A program made the translations under genes and the position numbers. A model generated the notes under the pieces. That model saw nothing but the letters and a program-made list of their open reading frames with translations. It was not told where the DNA came from and searched no databases. A stretch of 44,776 nt of DNA from the NCBI GenBank assembly GCA_964421315.1, contig CAYQXD010000003.1:1-44776 (forward strand). Reading direction: 5' to 3'. The DNA comes from an uncultured Thiotrichaceae bacterium (GTDB taxonomy: Bacteria > Pseudomonadota > Gammaproteobacteria > SZUA-229). Shown piece after piece: positions 41,725-44,776 of the stretch (position 1 is the stretch's first letter; each line of letters begins with the position of its first letter).

Positions 41725-44700
41725 TTATTCGGCCTCCTGAATGCTAAGGCCGATATTTTCTACCGAGTAGATCCGCAGCTCATCTTTCCACAAATTACCA
41801 TCAATAAGAATATCAATCCGACCGCTGTTGTTCCTGATCTCCTTGATATGAACCTCAAGTGTCATCTGTTTGTTGTCCGGGATAATCTGTCCCCGATAGA
41901 TCCACTTAGCTTCATCTTCAACCAGACCAAAACGTGGGTTTTTAAAGTTTTTGCCCAGATCCTGTTGCAGAGCATAGACCTGTATCGACTGAATCATCGC
42001 CTCCACACCCAGAGAACCGGGCATTACCGGATCTTGATAGAAGTGGCAGGGATAGAACCAGTCGGAGGCATCGATAACATTCATCGAGTGGACATATCCT
42101 TTGCCATATTTGCCACCATCAACAACCACAATTGATTCATCAATAAAGTCCAGCATGCCACCAGCCAGATGGTAATAAGGTTTATCCTTTTTAGCGGCAT
42201 AAAAATCTAACCTGGCCTGTTCTGAGTGAAGGTCTATCTCAATCAGCCTGTGCTGAGATATCGACTCTTCTTTATACCAGGGCAGTCGCTTTTTGCCCTT
42301 ATCCATGCCCACCTGATTAGACAGCGCATCGGCGGTAAAGAAACCAAACACCGCATCACCTTCATAAAAAGTTTCACCGTCGCAAATCAGCTCAAAGCTG
42401 AACTTCTGGATAATATTGTTCATCACCGCAGAGGTAGAGACCATGCTCGACTTATTGACGATGGTTTTGCCGCGTAGATCAATCTCTTTAATCAATCGCC
42501 CAGTACCATCAAGATTACGGAAATAGAGATTTGAATCCGGGTAGATCAAGGTGCTGCCAATGTGCGATGTCAAAAATCCATTCGGCTGTAACGCGATCTC
42601 CATCAACATAGAATAAGGCGATAAGGCCGGGTAGGAATTCTCGGTGCAGAACCAGATATCCTCGGCCACATCATATTCAGTGGTGCACCCGGTAGTATTT
42701 TCAAAGTCATGTCGCTTACCATCTACACTTTTCACCCGATGCATCAGTTGCAGATAGCCATTGGGGGTACGCGGTGGACGTCTTGGCGGGTCGCCAGCTT
42801 TTGCCGGTGGCTGTTTATAAACTGCAAACTCCGGGCCAAAACAGGCTTCAATATCACCGGTGGCGAAATGTTTTATCTGCTCTTCGGTGAATAGCGGTGC
42901 TTTTGCCGCAGGGCTGGTTGTCGTTTGTGGTACAACAGCCAGTGGTGGTGCCAATTGAGTTGATGACTGAGCTGCTTGCGGTATAACGTTGGCGACAACA
43001 TCGCCCACAGCAGACCCTTTAAGCAGCAGCTTCTCTGTGGCACTCTTTTCCGATAGCTCAAGACAGACATTTCTAAAATCGACCACCACTTTGCCATCAA
43101 TTAGAATATCGACATTACCTTTGGCATAGGGTTTTGGACTAAGGCCTATTTCCGTCACTTCCAGTCGATAGGTCATTAATCGATCTTTGGGTAGCGCCTG
43201 CCCCCGGCAACGAATAGGCTGAGCTATGTTCTGCATAGTCTGGAAGCGAGCATCTTCCACTTTGCTGTTTAAGCCCAGATACAGCATGAAAAATTGCAGT
43301 AACTGGACACAGCCTTCAGACATCAATGAGCCGGCCAGAACGGGATCATCACGGAAGTGACTGGTAAAATACCACTCATCCGGCAACAGCTCTTTTTCGG
43401 CCTCAATCAGTCCCAGCCCCCACAATCCACCGCTACGATCAACTGAGGTGATGCGATCCAGCATAAGGATTTTTTCTGAAGGGAAATGCAAAGACGGATT
43501 TTTGCCCATTTTGTCGTGAGCTGGACTAGCATAACAACTGGCTAAATCGCCAGTCATCAGTGAGTGCATATCATTCTTGTCAAAACAGGTTTTGGCACAC
43601 TGCAAAATGGGCGTAAAGGATGAACTGGTCACCTGCTCCCGCGTAGTGATCTCTTCGTTGGTACGAATAACACCTTTACCGACGGCAAGCTCTTCTTCCG
43701 AGAAGAAACCGGCACAACCTTCATCCATTCTCAGGATCATTTTATCGCCGACAAAACATTCATAAGAGAAAAAGAACAGCAGGTTGTTTTTATGTTTGGC
43801 GAAAGAGTTGATGGAAATTTCGTAACGCAAGGTCTGACCTTCTTTGGGCTGATCGTCCAGGAAGGTCAAAGTACAATCCAGCAAACGATATAAATATTTG
43901 CCCCTGTTATCAAAATCGATACCCATGTAGCTGATCAGCAACAGATCACATTGACCCGATTCGATACAGATACAGGTCGGTATCTGGCCGTCCGTTGAAT
44001 ACCAGGCATTGCGTGGAATATCATATTCCGTGGTCATTTTAGAGGGGACAAATTCTCCTCGTCTGGCCTGCATTTCAGTAACACGGGTCACCAGCAAATA
44101 GGGATCCATCGGCAACATCACTCGCTTTGGATAGCTGTCGATGATGTCATATTCAGCGCCAAAGACATTACCAATTTTTCCATAGGCAAATTCACGCAGG
44201 TCCTGTTCACTGTAAATGATTTGCTCGGGTGTACTGTATTCTGTTGGGAATAACGGTTGAACCGCTACGCTCTCATTAGATGCAGAGGCTGTTGTTTGAG
44301 TGACCGCAGTAGCGTTACTGACCGGTACAAGATGCTGTGAACCAGGTGAATAGATGCTATTGATAATAGATGCCGTTAAGGTTTGCAATCCCTGATATCT
44401 TGCAGCCATAAATCCAGCATGCATTTTGCTGATATTAATATTGTGCCGTAACATCTTTCGCAACATTTCATCCTGGTAGCCGGACGAGTTTCCAGTGACA
44501 TGTCCAGCGACATATCCAGGCGACCCATTGGCTACTATTTTTCTATCGGGCATGTTTTGTCTCTTTTTATCTATGCTCACTGAATGCTGTTTATTTTCTG
44601 CTGCTGCTGTGTTTAGTTGGGGTACAACCGCTGGTTGGTGTTGAGCAATGTTAACAAGGTCTGCTTTTTTGATCTCTGCAACAAATTCTTCTGCAACGAG

Positions 44701-44776
44701 TTTTAATGGTTCGGCCTGCTCTTGTTCAACTTGTGCCTGTTCAACCCGCTTCTGTTCAACCCGCTTCTGTTCAACT
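41725..44776 (-). CDS. pfaC: PfaC-like PUFA synthase subunit, C-terminal part with two FabA-like dehydratase domains (partial; continues beyond the window)
   Basis: FabA active-site motifs HFRDDPVLAGSL and HFYQDPVMPGSL. The frame stays open upstream of the GTG at 44580 right to the window edge (..VEQKRVEQKRVEQAQVEQEQAEPLKLVAEEF..), so the true start lies outside the window. Confidence 0.85.
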   Translation of the reverse strand, partial: VEQKRVEQKRVEQAQVEQEQAEPLKLVAEEFVAEIKKADLVNIAQHQPAVVPQLNTAAAENKQHSVSIDKKRQNMPDRKIVANGSPGYVAGHVTGNSSGYQDEMLRKMLRHNINISKMHAGFMAARYQGLQTLTASIINSIYSPGSQHLVPVSNATAVTQTTASASNESVAVQPLFPTEYSTPEQIIYSEQDLREFAYGKIGNVFGAEYDIIDSYPKRVMLPMDPYLLVTRVTEMQARRGEFVPSKMTTEYDIPRNAWYSTDGQIPTCICIESGQCDLLLISYMGIDFDNRGKYLYRLLDCTLTFLDDQPKEGQTLRYEISINSFAKHKNNLLFFFSYECFVGDKMILRMDEGCAGFFSEEELAVGKGVIRTNEEITTREQVTSSSFTPILQCAKTCFDKNDMHSLMTGDLASCYASPAHDKMGKNPSLHFPSEKILMLDRITSVDRSGGLWGLGLIEAEKELLPDEWYFTSHFRDDPVLAGSLMSEGCVQLLQFFMLYLGLNSKVEDARFQTMQNIAQPIRCRGQALPKDRLMTYRLEVTEIGLSPKPYAKGNVDILIDGKVVVDFRNVCLELSEKSATEKLLLKGSAVGDVVANVIPQAAQSSTQLAPPLAVVPQTTTSPAAKAPLFTEEQIKHFATGDIEACFGPEFAVYKQPPAKAGDPPRRPPRTPNGYLQLMHRVKSVDGKRHDFENTTGCTTEYDVAEDIWFCTENSYPALSPYSMLMEIALQPNGFLTSHIGSTLIYPDSNLYFRNLDGTGRLIKEIDLRGKTIVNKSSMVSTSAVMNNIIQKFSFELICDGETFYEGDAVFGFFTADALSNQVGMDKGKKRLPWYKEESISQHRLIEIDLHSEQARLDFYAAKKDKPYYHLAGGMLDFIDESIVVVDGGKYGKGYVHSMNVIDASDWFYPCHFYQDPVMPGSLGVEAMIQSIQVYALQQDLGKNFKNPRFGLVEDEAKWIYRGQIIPDNKQMTLEVHIKEIRNNSGRIDILIDGNLWKDELRIYSVENIGLSIQEAE
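44717..44776. repeat. 15-bp tandem repeat (about 4 units, two perfect) within the pfaC coding sequence, encoding (VEQKR/VEQAQ)n
   Basis: ctgttcaacccgctt occurs twice perfectly, preceded by two degenerate units. It runs into the window edge. Confidence 0.7.

Overview
A 44.8-kb chromosomal window from a Gram-negative, probably sulfur- or hydrogen-oxidising gammaproteobacterium; the taxon is inferred from gene content only. The core runs co-directionally on the minus strand: hypC-hypA-hypB-hypD-hypF-hypE, then 65 bp later a 10-gene Mrp/Mbh-like cation:proton antiporter module (mnhE-F-G, DUF4040, B, C, and four NuoL/M/N-like subunits). Diverging from hypC on the plus strand is an Isp-type [NiFe] hydrogenase operon: maturation protease, HupH-like, small subunit, Isp1, Isp2, large subunit, and a 61-aa HupE-like mini-ORF. 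The rest comprises a family II pyrophosphatase, a frameshift-split ferric-reductase/FNR protein with a cytochrome c, class I aldolase, an M50-CBS protease, a KefB-like CPA2 antiporter, a P-type ATPase, a lipoprotein hydrolase, an APH/P-loop fusion kinase, a 5'-truncated UbiA prenyltransferase, and the 3' part of a PUFA-synthase cluster (pfaC partial at the window edge, pfaD, pfaE). Several toxin-antitoxin modules are present, some of them decayed. The most unusual signal is non-coding. Nearly every sizeable intergenic gap carries a different long, perfect or near-perfect palindromic element. One ~69-bp family occurs three times with compensatory arm changes, including a perfect copy inserted in-frame inside hypF. 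Two other elements supply the last codons and stop codon of hypA and of the P-type ATPase. Several genes are frameshifted, truncated or chimeric. No rRNA, tRNA or CRISPR array was seen.
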